Below, piece by piece: positions 17,101 through 23,928 of a stretch of DNA of 64,000 bases. The number at the start of each line of letters is the position of its first letter. The first letter of the stretch is position 1. A program made the position numbers and the translations under genes. The DNA is from Lentisphaerae bacterium GWF2_57_35 (lineage in GTDB: Bacteria > Verrucomicrobiota > Kiritimatiellia > CAIQIC01 > GWF2-57-35). The stretch covers positions 4,843 through 68,842 of the forward strand of contig MHBK01000048.1 of NCBI GenBank assembly GCA_001804865.1. Direction: 5' to 3'. The notes beneath the pieces were generated by a model. It was not told where the DNA came from and did no database searches. It was given only the letters and a program-made list of their open reading frames with translations.

Positions 17101-17521
17101 AGAAGCCCGCGACGATTATTGGACGCCTTACCAGTTGAATCGATTTTATCTGGAAGCATCGCTCCGTCATACCTACCAGCGAACCTATTATAACTTGCAG
17201 GCGCGGACCGGACTGGGCAAACAGAATGTCCGCCCGGATGCCGACGAAAAACACCAGGCCCGTCTGGTTCAGTTAAACCAGGATATCGCAACGGCCCGAC
17301 AGCAGCGCTGGCCGCAAAGCGACATCGATGCGCTGATTCAGGAACGCGACCAACTGATCGTCAATCCGCCGGAAGAAGAATGGAAACCCGTTTTCGGCTT
17401 GGCCGCTTCCGTCCGCAGCAAGCTGGGCGAACACTGGGAATTGCACGGCGAAGTCTCCGTCAACAAAGTGCCGGAGTATTACGAAGCCACGGTGGCGGGC
17501 GATATTACCTTCCGATTTTAA
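14198..17521 (+). CDS. Secreted TPR array + CE4 deacetylase-like domain + C-terminal outer-membrane beta-barrel (PgaA/PgaB-like roles fused)
   Basis: Signal peptide 'MVKWIAAFVLLVGFEMVHADE'; alternative starts at 14168 and 14183. TPRs ('AWGQLGWCYWNNGRQDKAIELWE'). CE4 module 'AVIITFDDARLDSFRLATPVFKDLGIPFSMHVPVG' and 'FVAYPMGDIG'. The last ~330 aa have alternating hydrophobic/aromatic strands ('HMYAFGGLNLTP', 'GVKGSFTFPSGN', 'LRLGLRYAYTT') and end in 'DITFRF', a typical OMP C-terminal aromatic signature. Confidence 0.7.
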   Translation: MVKWIAAFVLLVGFEMVHADEAFESPAMPEPSITADPNNPDVKPESPVNGLFEAANRDMAATNWPAAITKLEQVIEQDPSLLSAWGQLGWCYWNNGRQDKAIELWETLRRINPKLPMAYNLLGMAYMANGEQPKAIEFFRKSLELDPDQEPVEYSIARLSRWEGRFEDSISILRRQLDKNEDRLDIRLELARAYLNNWQFEEALPLWEKLAQSQPDNLEYRLYCAECRLRTGQADEALPEIEQILAEDPNHTSALLIMADRAEYGERPADAIPYLRRLVAETTELQLRQKYRMRLIDLYVRLNRDKPLEYPLNEAIGILKDYIRDDPNNTDALLLLGELLSMDNQFADAQQKFTIVLRDFNPNNMRAQRGLFEAYAAEKNFAEADKHLKRVEAFNPQDPYNHYLRARYEAARGRFGRAYQELDKLEAAGQQGSVLVLLFHGLTTSEWTEIPSVRLFREQLMALQKAGFRFLTPMDLRDYFSSLERINDSRSERTPNRAVIITFDDARLDSFRLATPVFKDLGIPFSMHVPVGNIERKDPFLASWKQLADYRQQGWVMGSHLYEASTPVPGERGMMVRPLTSLIRLNPANRMETLDEFNQRIHMEYDLSSRLMQSYLGEKPSFVAYPMGDIGQETYSDVPEAVTVNLQSASTNYAVGFIQSVFGYAVNGDNPLLYQRHELGRHVSASNTVNEVLRMHPVFLARRMRAELATLEGKQYKALKILERLKEDGYPEQSYNDLNTYVHTKLSHKFVPPPSVDNVSKGPFNLDIKKPYVGARAHYFQDNLERKNYHMYAFGGLNLTPNIVAEGQAGWGQLKQGRQDLDDGSSLPEIEVDETSAGVKGSFTFPSGNLLSGDFMLRNFGEPVNEVEPTYGIEGQFKPVLPLDLTGRFEHDVEPSARTVVRDMVTYDQWMANGVFSIRDWWDVWGSGQYYLYSDDNNRLHGAVSSQWLIWEDIGLRLGLRYAYTTSEEARDDYWTPYQLNRFYLEASLRHTYQRTYYNLQARTGLGKQNVRPDADEKHQARLVQLNQDIATARQQRWPQSDIDALIQERDQLIVNPPEEEWKPVFGLAASVRSKLGEHWELHGEVSVNKVPEYYEATVAGDITFRF

Positions 17522-17541
17522 TCGTGGCGGGAACGTTAAGA

Positions 17542-17747
17542 GGACGGCGAGGCCGCCGTCCCTCCCGGCAGGTGGCCCGGCTTCTCCGAAGACGGGCTTT
17601 CCTGAAAAGAACGAGCCCCCCACAGAAAATAACAGGAGCGGTTGGGTGCATCCTGACACGGCCGCAACCGCGGACGGCGACGGAGCGCCGTCCCTACCTT
17701 TTTTTGCCGTGGGTAGGGCGCTCACTCCGCTGAGCGCCGTGTTTTCC
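17542..17747. terminator. Cluster of GC-rich hairpins between convergent EPS genes; probable bidirectional termination zone
   Basis: GGACGGCG-aggc-CGCCGTCC at 17542-17561. GGACGGCG-acggag-CGCCGTCC at 17672-17693, followed by CTACC+T7. GGCGCTCA-ctccgc-TGAGCGCC at 17717-17738, followed by GTGTTTT. CCCTACC (17692-17698) can also pair with GGTAGGG (17712-17718). Confidence 0.45.
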
Positions 17748-17779
17748 TGTCAAACAGGCCGGAGCGGCTTACGGCGATT

Positions 17780-20700
17780 TTATTTCTTGCTGTCTACCGT
17801 TGAGGCTTCCATTCCCGTCCAGAGCGGAATGCCCGGCAATGCATCGGGCATGGCTACGACAACCGGTTTTGTTGGCGAAAGCGTGCTTAAAGGCTTGTGC
17901 GAACCATTGGGCTCTTCCCACGAAACAGCTTGCACATCCCGGACTTCGGAGGCCCCATTGAAAATGGCTGCGCCTTCTCCTGCGCCGCGCCACTGGCAGG
18001 CTCCGGCAACCGGATCGAGCGCGAGCACCAACACCTTCAACGAGGAGCCCGCCAGTTCGCGATCCAACTTTTCGAACCAGGCGGCTTCAGGCAATCGGTC
18101 CAGCAGCAGGGTAAATCCGGAAAAGCCGTGTTTATCGGCGGCCGCCAGCAGCTCGCTGCCCGAGATCTGATGAGCGGAAGAGGCCTGAACCGCCGGCATC
18201 AGCCGCAAACGATAATATCGGGCGAAGAGCCGCAACAGCATCTCGTTTTCGCCCGCTGACTTTGACCAGGTTCCGTTTTCCTCGATCCGAAACCAAAGAG
18301 GCGCAAGGTCGGAGATGTAATTGCACTCGGGCTGCAGTTTTTCGATCAGGACATCCACATCGTTGGTGGCTTTCAGCGCCGGCAGCAGCACCAAGCGAGG
18401 CATCAGCGGGCCGGCGGCTATACGGCTGATGGCGGCCTGCGCGGTCCCTCGTTCGTTCCGATAAACACTCAATCCCACCCATCCCAAGCCCAGATGGGGC
18501 GGTACTTCCAGGGGAGATGAGAAAACGGGCGAGCTGTCAATCAGCCCGATCACGCCGTCGCCGCGCAAGGCGAGGCGCAGGTTTGCGCCGTCCGCGGGGA
18601 GCGTCCAGAATTTGGATTGCGATGCCACCAAGTGTCCGTGATTCCAGACTTGCAGGAAGAGCTGGTGCGTGTCGTCCAGTCCGAACCGGATAAAGTGATC
18701 CGACGTTCGCCGCACATAAAGCCAGAAGGAACCGGAAACTTTTTTCACGACCGCCTCGATGAACGAGTCGGTGATATGCTCCGATCCCAGCAGCCGCAAG
18801 GCCGCCTCGGAATGGGAGGAATCCGCACTCAGAACGCCTCCCTGGGTGGAGTGCCTCGAGAACGAACCTCCATCGAGCCACCAGGCTTCCGACAGATGTC
18901 CGTCGGCGCAGGATTCCTGTAAAGGCGCATACCGGGGTTTTAAGCGAAGAAACAAGGCGGTGACGCGATCGTCGCCTTTTTGTTCGGAGACGGTATTGAT
19001 GAGCCGGATCAGCGGATAGGTTTGGGCCACGCTCAACAAATCGTATTTCCAAATGGCTTGCCCTAATTCGTAGCGTTTATCGGCTTTCTGGCCCAGTTTC
19101 ACCAACGTATCCAGGCGCGCAGTAAATTCCGCCGGCTCCAAAGGCAACCGCAAGGCGATGGCATTGGCCTCGATGTGTTCAGGCTCCAACGTCAGGATTC
19201 GCTCGACCAGCCGGATCGCTTCCGGGTTCCGGTTTTGCCGCCACAACCATTCTGCCTGGGCCAAAAGAATGGATACGTCGTCCGGGAATAGACGGGCATA
19301 CATATTCAAGCTGCTGACGGCTTCGTTGATTCGTCCCATTTTTGTCAGCAAATTGACCCGTCGAATGACGAGCGAAATCTGGCCGGGATCCTGTTCCAGG
19401 CTTCGATCGTAAAACAGAATGGCCTGTTCGGAATCGCCTTTGCGGAGGTAGGCGTCGCCGATCAGCATGGGCGGGCGCGGATTCATGGCATCCAGTTTGA
19501 ACCATTCCGACCAGGCTTCGACGGCTTTGTCGTATTCCGCATCCAGGTAGGCCGCCTGGCCCTCCTGTTGCAGCCGGCTTAAACTGGCTTCCAACGTTTC
19601 TTCCATGTTGGTCCCGGCGGTCATCGGGATTTCGAACGACAAGGGCAACCCTTCATCCGGCGCCGGGCTGGGAATCGTTTCCACTTTGGTGGTCGATTCC
19701 TTGGTATAAGGATCTCGTTTGATGGGCGAGTTGGTGGAGACCGCCAGTTGAAGCCCGGGCGCCACCGCGAGAATGGATCGCAAGGACATGCTGGACTCGA
19801 TCGCTGTTGGCAATCGCACCAGCATGGAAAGTCCTTTGCGTTGAAGCGTCTTGGCGCATTGCATCAGCCAGGTGGTGATTCCAGCCGGGGAGGGGTTGTT
19901 CATATCCCCGAAATCCATGAAGATGCCGTCGCATTGATCCGCCGCGGCATCGTCGGCCAGCTTGGACGGCGTCAAGCGGCTTAACGCCTGCTCGTTTTCC
20001 ACCCGTACGCAGGGCATCAGTTTTAGATGATAAATGCGGGAAAGCGTTTTGAAGGTCGTCGCGTCCCATCCGGTTTTCAAGGCTTGTCCTACGCCGGATA
20101 CGGTCATCCACTTGGGACTCAAGCCGGTTAATCGGTAGGCATTCCGGTGCAGCCACTGCAAAACGTAGGGCTCCCGGGCGCGATCGATGTCCCAGGCGGC
20201 CAAGGTGCGTTGTTCCGAGTTCAGCACCACGCTGGAGATGCTCACTCGCGCCTGGCCCTTGACCGGGTCCCATACGCTGATCCCCAACATGCCGGGCCGG
20301 GCTTCGCCCCGCAATAGAATGTGATCCTTGAAGATCTGACGTCCGTCCAGCATGGCAAACAACATGCGGTCTCGGACGAATATCTCCAGGATGTGATCGT
20401 CGCGCGAATCGAGCCCCAAGCGGGCCGAGGCCAGCGTAAAACGTTCCGCGCTGACGCTCTTTTGCCGGAGCCAGACATTCAGGTCGTTGCTCAGCTCGTC
20501 GTCCGACCAATTATCCATCTCCTGGCCCATCTTCTTTTCGCGCAGCCAGACTTCGCCCCGCGTATCCATGCCCAGATAAACATACGACTCTTCATCGGCG
20601 GCCGCCCGCAGATAGACGCCCATCTGGCCCCGTTCCAATTTGAAAAGGACGCGCGTATAGAAATCGCGGCTTAAATCGCTTCCGCCCAGCCATATTTTGG

Positions 20701-21808
20701 CGCCGGTAAGTTCTTCGGGAGCATACAGGGTCAGCCGATTGTCTTCCTGCTTCATCGCGCCCCAATCCACAATCCAGGCCGACGGCATGGTCACGGTGTC
20801 CTTCTCCAGTTGAGCTTCCTCCAATGGCCAAGAACGATCCAGATAGCGGATCAAATCGGAGGCGCTCCAACTCGAACGCACCCGCAACCGGTTCAATCTT
20901 CGCGGGTCGCTGTAACGGGTGTTCAGCGCCAGATTCCCGGAAAGAAAACCCAGGTCGTAATTTTTTCCGACCAACGCCAGATTGATGCTCCGGGGGACGA
21001 CGGCCCGCGGCTGGAATTGTCCGAAATCCCCATAGGGATATGCGAAAGCCATCGGTTTGAGGCTGACTTCTTCCTCGATATCGGTCAGGCATTTTTCGTG
21101 ATCGGCGATCAGGCGTTTCTGGAATTCTTCCACGGTTTCGTAACGGAGGTCCTTGTCCAACCAGCGTGGACTGGTCATGAAATGGCCCATGCGCCCGCCG
21201 GGGCTGGCCTTGATTTTTTCAAACCCGCCGTAACTTTGGGCGCCGATCTCCCACAACTTGGATCGCGCCATGATTTGAACATAGGGCCAGAGCAAGCTGG
21301 CGGGATCTTTTTCCACGATCGATTCCGTCCATAGAAACATGACCGCCGTCCAGCCCATCCGGCGCAGGATGGGATTGACGCTGTAGTAGGACGTTTTCCG
21401 GGCGTGATCGAAGGTGAGCAGCACGGCCTTGGGGGGAAGCTTCCGGCCTTCCTTAAACAGGCGCCGCACGTCGTCCAGACGAATTGGATTATACCCATGC
21501 GCTTTCAAGACCTCGAGGTGCTCGTTAAACTGAGCCGGAGAAATCTCGTTGGTTTTCGAAGAAACGCCTTCGTACGCCAGCGTCACAAACGATTCGGCCT
21601 CGCGCGGGCCGCTATAGGTCGCCGGAGGCCACAGCCAGCGGCTGACCACAATTTTCACCGGGAACCACCAGGCCACCAACAATCCAATCACCATGATGTA
21701 ATGGAGCCAAACCGAGCCATAGGAAACGGAAACCGGCTGGACGGGACGGGAAGAATGAGGCTGCATTTCGGAAGGACGCCCGTCCGGATCGTGAACTTGT
21801 TGTGTCAT
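17780..21808 (-). CDS. 1342-aa membrane-anchored periplasmic multidomain protein: CE4-like domain (variant motif) + [lectin-like + alpha/beta module] + TPR + second [lectin-like + alpha/beta module]
   Basis: Start at ATG 21808 overlaps the synthase stop (ATGA). N-terminal TM segment 'VWLHYIMVIGLLVAWWFPVKIVV'. CE4-like 'AVLLTFDHARKTSYYSVNPILRRMGW', 'FAYPYGDFGQ'. TPRs 'AYLDAEYDKAVEAWSEWFKLD...GDAYLRKGDSEQAILFYDRSLEQDP'. Internal duplication is visible ('RIYHLKLMPCVRV...CDGIFMDFG...GLSMLVRLP' versus 'RYYRLRLMPAVQA...FSGFTLLLD...SLKVLVLALDP'). The track's 1468-aa version extends 378 nt into the synthase gene. Confidence 0.7.
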   Translation of the reverse strand: MTQQVHDPDGRPSEMQPHSSRPVQPVSVSYGSVWLHYIMVIGLLVAWWFPVKIVVSRWLWPPATYSGPREAESFVTLAYEGVSSKTNEISPAQFNEHLEVLKAHGYNPIRLDDVRRLFKEGRKLPPKAVLLTFDHARKTSYYSVNPILRRMGWTAVMFLWTESIVEKDPASLLWPYVQIMARSKLWEIGAQSYGGFEKIKASPGGRMGHFMTSPRWLDKDLRYETVEEFQKRLIADHEKCLTDIEEEVSLKPMAFAYPYGDFGQFQPRAVVPRSINLALVGKNYDLGFLSGNLALNTRYSDPRRLNRLRVRSSWSASDLIRYLDRSWPLEEAQLEKDTVTMPSAWIVDWGAMKQEDNRLTLYAPEELTGAKIWLGGSDLSRDFYTRVLFKLERGQMGVYLRAAADEESYVYLGMDTRGEVWLREKKMGQEMDNWSDDELSNDLNVWLRQKSVSAERFTLASARLGLDSRDDHILEIFVRDRMLFAMLDGRQIFKDHILLRGEARPGMLGISVWDPVKGQARVSISSVVLNSEQRTLAAWDIDRAREPYVLQWLHRNAYRLTGLSPKWMTVSGVGQALKTGWDATTFKTLSRIYHLKLMPCVRVENEQALSRLTPSKLADDAAADQCDGIFMDFGDMNNPSPAGITTWLMQCAKTLQRKGLSMLVRLPTAIESSMSLRSILAVAPGLQLAVSTNSPIKRDPYTKESTTKVETIPSPAPDEGLPLSFEIPMTAGTNMEETLEASLSRLQQEGQAAYLDAEYDKAVEAWSEWFKLDAMNPRPPMLIGDAYLRKGDSEQAILFYDRSLEQDPGQISLVIRRVNLLTKMGRINEAVSSLNMYARLFPDDVSILLAQAEWLWRQNRNPEAIRLVERILTLEPEHIEANAIALRLPLEPAEFTARLDTLVKLGQKADKRYELGQAIWKYDLLSVAQTYPLIRLINTVSEQKGDDRVTALFLRLKPRYAPLQESCADGHLSEAWWLDGGSFSRHSTQGGVLSADSSHSEAALRLLGSEHITDSFIEAVVKKVSGSFWLYVRRTSDHFIRFGLDDTHQLFLQVWNHGHLVASQSKFWTLPADGANLRLALRGDGVIGLIDSSPVFSSPLEVPPHLGLGWVGLSVYRNERGTAQAAISRIAAGPLMPRLVLLPALKATNDVDVLIEKLQPECNYISDLAPLWFRIEENGTWSKSAGENEMLLRLFARYYRLRLMPAVQASSAHQISGSELLAAADKHGFSGFTLLLDRLPEAAWFEKLDRELAGSSLKVLVLALDPVAGACQWRGAGEGAAIFNGASEVRDVQAVSWEEPNGSHKPLSTLSPTKPVVVAMPDALPGIPLWTGMEASTVDSKK

Positions 21809-23325
21809 CGTGTACCCCACGTGGTTTTGCGCATGGTGGCCAGGGCGTAATAGCCCTGCCAACTGAAAAACAGGACGTATGTAATCGTAAAAACGAACCC
21901 TGCCCACCAATGCGGGCGCCCCGTTTTCTCCAGATAAAACAGCGACCACAAGAGCGTGACGACCAGCACGCCGCCAACATAAAAGCTCGGGAAGTAGTGC
22001 TCCATAATGGGGCCCCAGACCAAGGCTCGCAACATGACCAGCGGCGCCAGCATCGGCAACACCGTCATGGCATACCAGGAGACCGCCGCCACCGGATGCT
22101 TGCACCACATGAACCGCCCGGCATACAGCATCTCCCGAACCCACGAGCGTTTCCACCGGCATTGCTGCCGGATGTATTTGCCCCATTTTTCGGGCACGAT
22201 GGTGGTCGCCAGGGCTTCGTCGTCATAGAGGACCCGATAATCGCGGAGCAGGTAGTTGGTCAAACTCCGGTCGTCGCCGAACGTGGCGTAATGGCCGAGG
22301 AATTTCTGGTAAAGCCATCGATCCAGGACATTCAGCACGCAGACCTTGCGATAGGCGGAAAAACAACCCGGGCAGCAACTGACCGCGCCAAAAAGACTTT
22401 CGGCGGCTTTCAATACGCGATACGAAACGAAATAGCGGACATCCTGCATTTTCGTCAACGCATTGGTTCCGACATTCTCGACATCCGTATGTCCCGCGAC
22501 GGCCGCCACGGTTGGATCGACCAGCCCCTGGACGACTTTCCGGATGGCGCCGGGCATGAGGAAGCTGTCGGAATCCACATACACAAGCATTTCGCCTTTG
22601 GCCAGCAAAGCGCCGATGGCCATGCCATGACGCTTCCCTTTGTTTTTTTCGAAATCGACGACGACCAGCGACGGATGCCGATCCAATGCTTTCATCATTT
22701 CGTCCAGCGTGCGGTCGGTCGACCCGTCGTTTACCGCCACCACTTCCAGCTTCGAATGAGGATAGCCTTCCTGGTAAATGCGCCCGATGGTTTTGCCGAT
22801 GGAGTCGTCTTCGTTGCGGCAGGCTACCACCACGGTCACCGTCGGCTCGAATCCGACATCCCGGGGCGCCAGATAAAATGCCGCCAGAATGAACCGGGAT
22901 AAAATAAACACGCCCACGCTCAGGCTGTAGAGATTAATCCACGGCTGATACCAGTAATAATCCAGGTTGTGCAGCTTGAAGTAGATGGCCAGGGTAATCA
23001 GCAGGACGAGCAATGCGTTGAAGCCTAATACCAGGCCTCCATGCATCTTGTTGTATTTCTCCGAGGCTCTGCCCGCATCCGTTTCGTCGCCGGCTTCCGG
23101 CGTGGGCAGCCGGGACTCCAAGACGGTTCGTTCCATCGTATTGCTGCAGAAGGGGCAGACCGAGGATGTCAGGGAGGACATGACATGGATGCTCATCTCG
23201 CAGTTCGGACAACGATGGCTTGATCCTTTCGCCGGCTGGCGTCTTGCACCCATCGGATCTGAAACAACGCTTTCCGCAGCGCCAAGCCATGTATTGAGCC
23301 CGGCGGCCTGGTCCGAAACTGCCAT
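21805..23325 (-). CDS. Processive family-2 glycosyltransferase (hyaluronan/chitin/NodC/PgaC-like synthase) with an N-terminal zinc-ribbon
   Basis: AGGAGG lies 8 nt upstream of ATG 23325. Zinc-ribbon 'CPNCEMSIHVMSSLTSSVCPFCSNTM'. TM segments flank a GT2 core with 'VVACRNEDDSI', 'AVNDGSTDRT', 'VYVDSDS', 'GDDRSLTNYLL' and the processive-synthase motif 'QQCRWKRSW' (Q(Q/R)xRW). Several C-terminal TM helices. Confidence 0.8.
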   Translation of the reverse strand: MAVSDQAAGLNTWLGAAESVVSDPMGARRQPAKGSSHRCPNCEMSIHVMSSLTSSVCPFCSNTMERTVLESRLPTPEAGDETDAGRASEKYNKMHGGLVLGFNALLVLLITLAIYFKLHNLDYYWYQPWINLYSLSVGVFILSRFILAAFYLAPRDVGFEPTVTVVVACRNEDDSIGKTIGRIYQEGYPHSKLEVVAVNDGSTDRTLDEMMKALDRHPSLVVVDFEKNKGKRHGMAIGALLAKGEMLVYVDSDSFLMPGAIRKVVQGLVDPTVAAVAGHTDVENVGTNALTKMQDVRYFVSYRVLKAAESLFGAVSCCPGCFSAYRKVCVLNVLDRWLYQKFLGHYATFGDDRSLTNYLLRDYRVLYDDEALATTIVPEKWGKYIRQQCRWKRSWVREMLYAGRFMWCKHPVAAVSWYAMTVLPMLAPLVMLRALVWGPIMEHYFPSFYVGGVLVVTLLWSLFYLEKTGRPHWWAGFVFTITYVLFFSWQGYYALATMRKTTWGTR

Positions 23326-23532
23326 TACACAACCTCCTTTGACCTGTATCCAACCGACAAATTCAAGAGATTCAAGTACTGACGCGTCCCTGATACCCTG
23401 CACTTTAGAAAAACGACTCTTGATTAAAAATCCATTCTTATGTACTTATACGATCAATATAGTCTCGTTGGCAATATAGATCGTTGTTTCTATTCCCAAT
23501 GTCAAAGAGTGTTTGAGAGGAGAGGTCGAAGA
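23326..23532. promoter_or_regulatory. Divergent control region between the synthase operon and the receiver/ATPase operon
   Basis: A 207-bp AT-rich gap between divergent starts. It contains the direct repeat CAATATAG at 23455-23462 and 23472-23479 (17-bp register), and -35-like TTGATT (23421) and TTGGCA (23468). I could not align any canonical -10 convincingly. Confidence 0.35.
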
Positions 23533-23928
23533 ATGACCGGTTTCTTAATTATCGAAGACGAGGCCCCCATCCAAGTTATTCTCAAACGATTGATAGGCAA
23601 CATGGGTTACGATGTAACCATCGCCAATGACGGTGAAGCCGGATATCGCCTGGTTCAAGAAAACGACTTCGATGTTATTCTCACCGATCTGATTATGCCG
23701 GGGCGTCTGCAAGGATTTGAACTGCTGCGCAAAATTCGGGAAGCGAAGCCTGAGTCCTCGGTCATCGTCGTGTCAGGTCATCCCTCCAGCGAAACCTTGG
23801 CCGAATGCCAAAAACTGGGGATACAGGATTTCTTGAGCAAACCGTTTGAAATGTCCTTTGTCAGAGTGGTTGTTCAAAAGCTCCTCAACCGAAGAGCAAG
23901 TTCGGCCAGGACTGAATCGAAGCTATGA
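23533..23928 (+). CDS. Single-domain response regulator (CheY-like receiver)
   Basis: 'FLIIEDE' acidic pocket, phospho-acceptor 'FDVILTDLIMPG', 'VIVVSGH' and 'FLSKPF'. No output domain. Start at ATG 23533 is preceded by GGAGAG. Confidence 0.85.
   Translation: MTGFLIIEDEAPIQVILKRLIGNMGYDVTIANDGEAGYRLVQENDFDVILTDLIMPGRLQGFELLRKIREAKPESSVIVVSGHPSSETLAECQKLGIQDFLSKPFEMSFVRVVVQKLLNRRASSARTESKL

Noticed and set aside
13109-17254. Three very long minus-strand ORFs (13109-14458, 14963-16285, 16295-17254; 319-449 aa) antisense to the TPR/CE4 genes
   Set aside because: Their translations are Arg/Gly/His/Pro-rich and low in complexity, with no recognisable motif. Each lies entirely inside a plus-strand gene that has clear TPR/CE4 motifs and a paralogue. 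These are typical shadow ORFs of GC-rich coding DNA.
17273-18170. ORFs in the convergent intergenic zone (17273-17725 minus, 17380-17733 plus, 17646-18170 plus)
   Set aside because: They overlap the 3' ends of the two convergent EPS genes or the hairpin cluster. They are A/G/R/P-rich and lack start-site signals. The region is better explained as a terminator/repeat zone.
21809-22186. N-terminal 126-aa extension of the giant ORF (track start 22186)
   Set aside because: The extension overlaps the 3' end of the synthase gene out of frame and is compositionally odd (G/A/V/H-rich). The ATG at 21808 forms an ATGA overlap with the synthase stop and is followed at once by a plausible cytoplasmic tail plus a TM helix.
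21802-22902. 366-aa plus-strand ORF antisense to the GT2 synthase; similar antisense ORFs at 44455-45387, 45916-46896, 47496-48455, 50777-52258, 52879-54132, 53981-55093, 57372-58727, 59882-60718, 60925-61938 and 62273-63586
   Set aside because: All are embedded opposite genes with unambiguous family motifs (GT2, GH/GT, GH5, sugar dehydrogenases, ABC components, gmd, ugd). They show skewed R/G/H/A composition and lack motifs, SD sequences or sensible boundaries.
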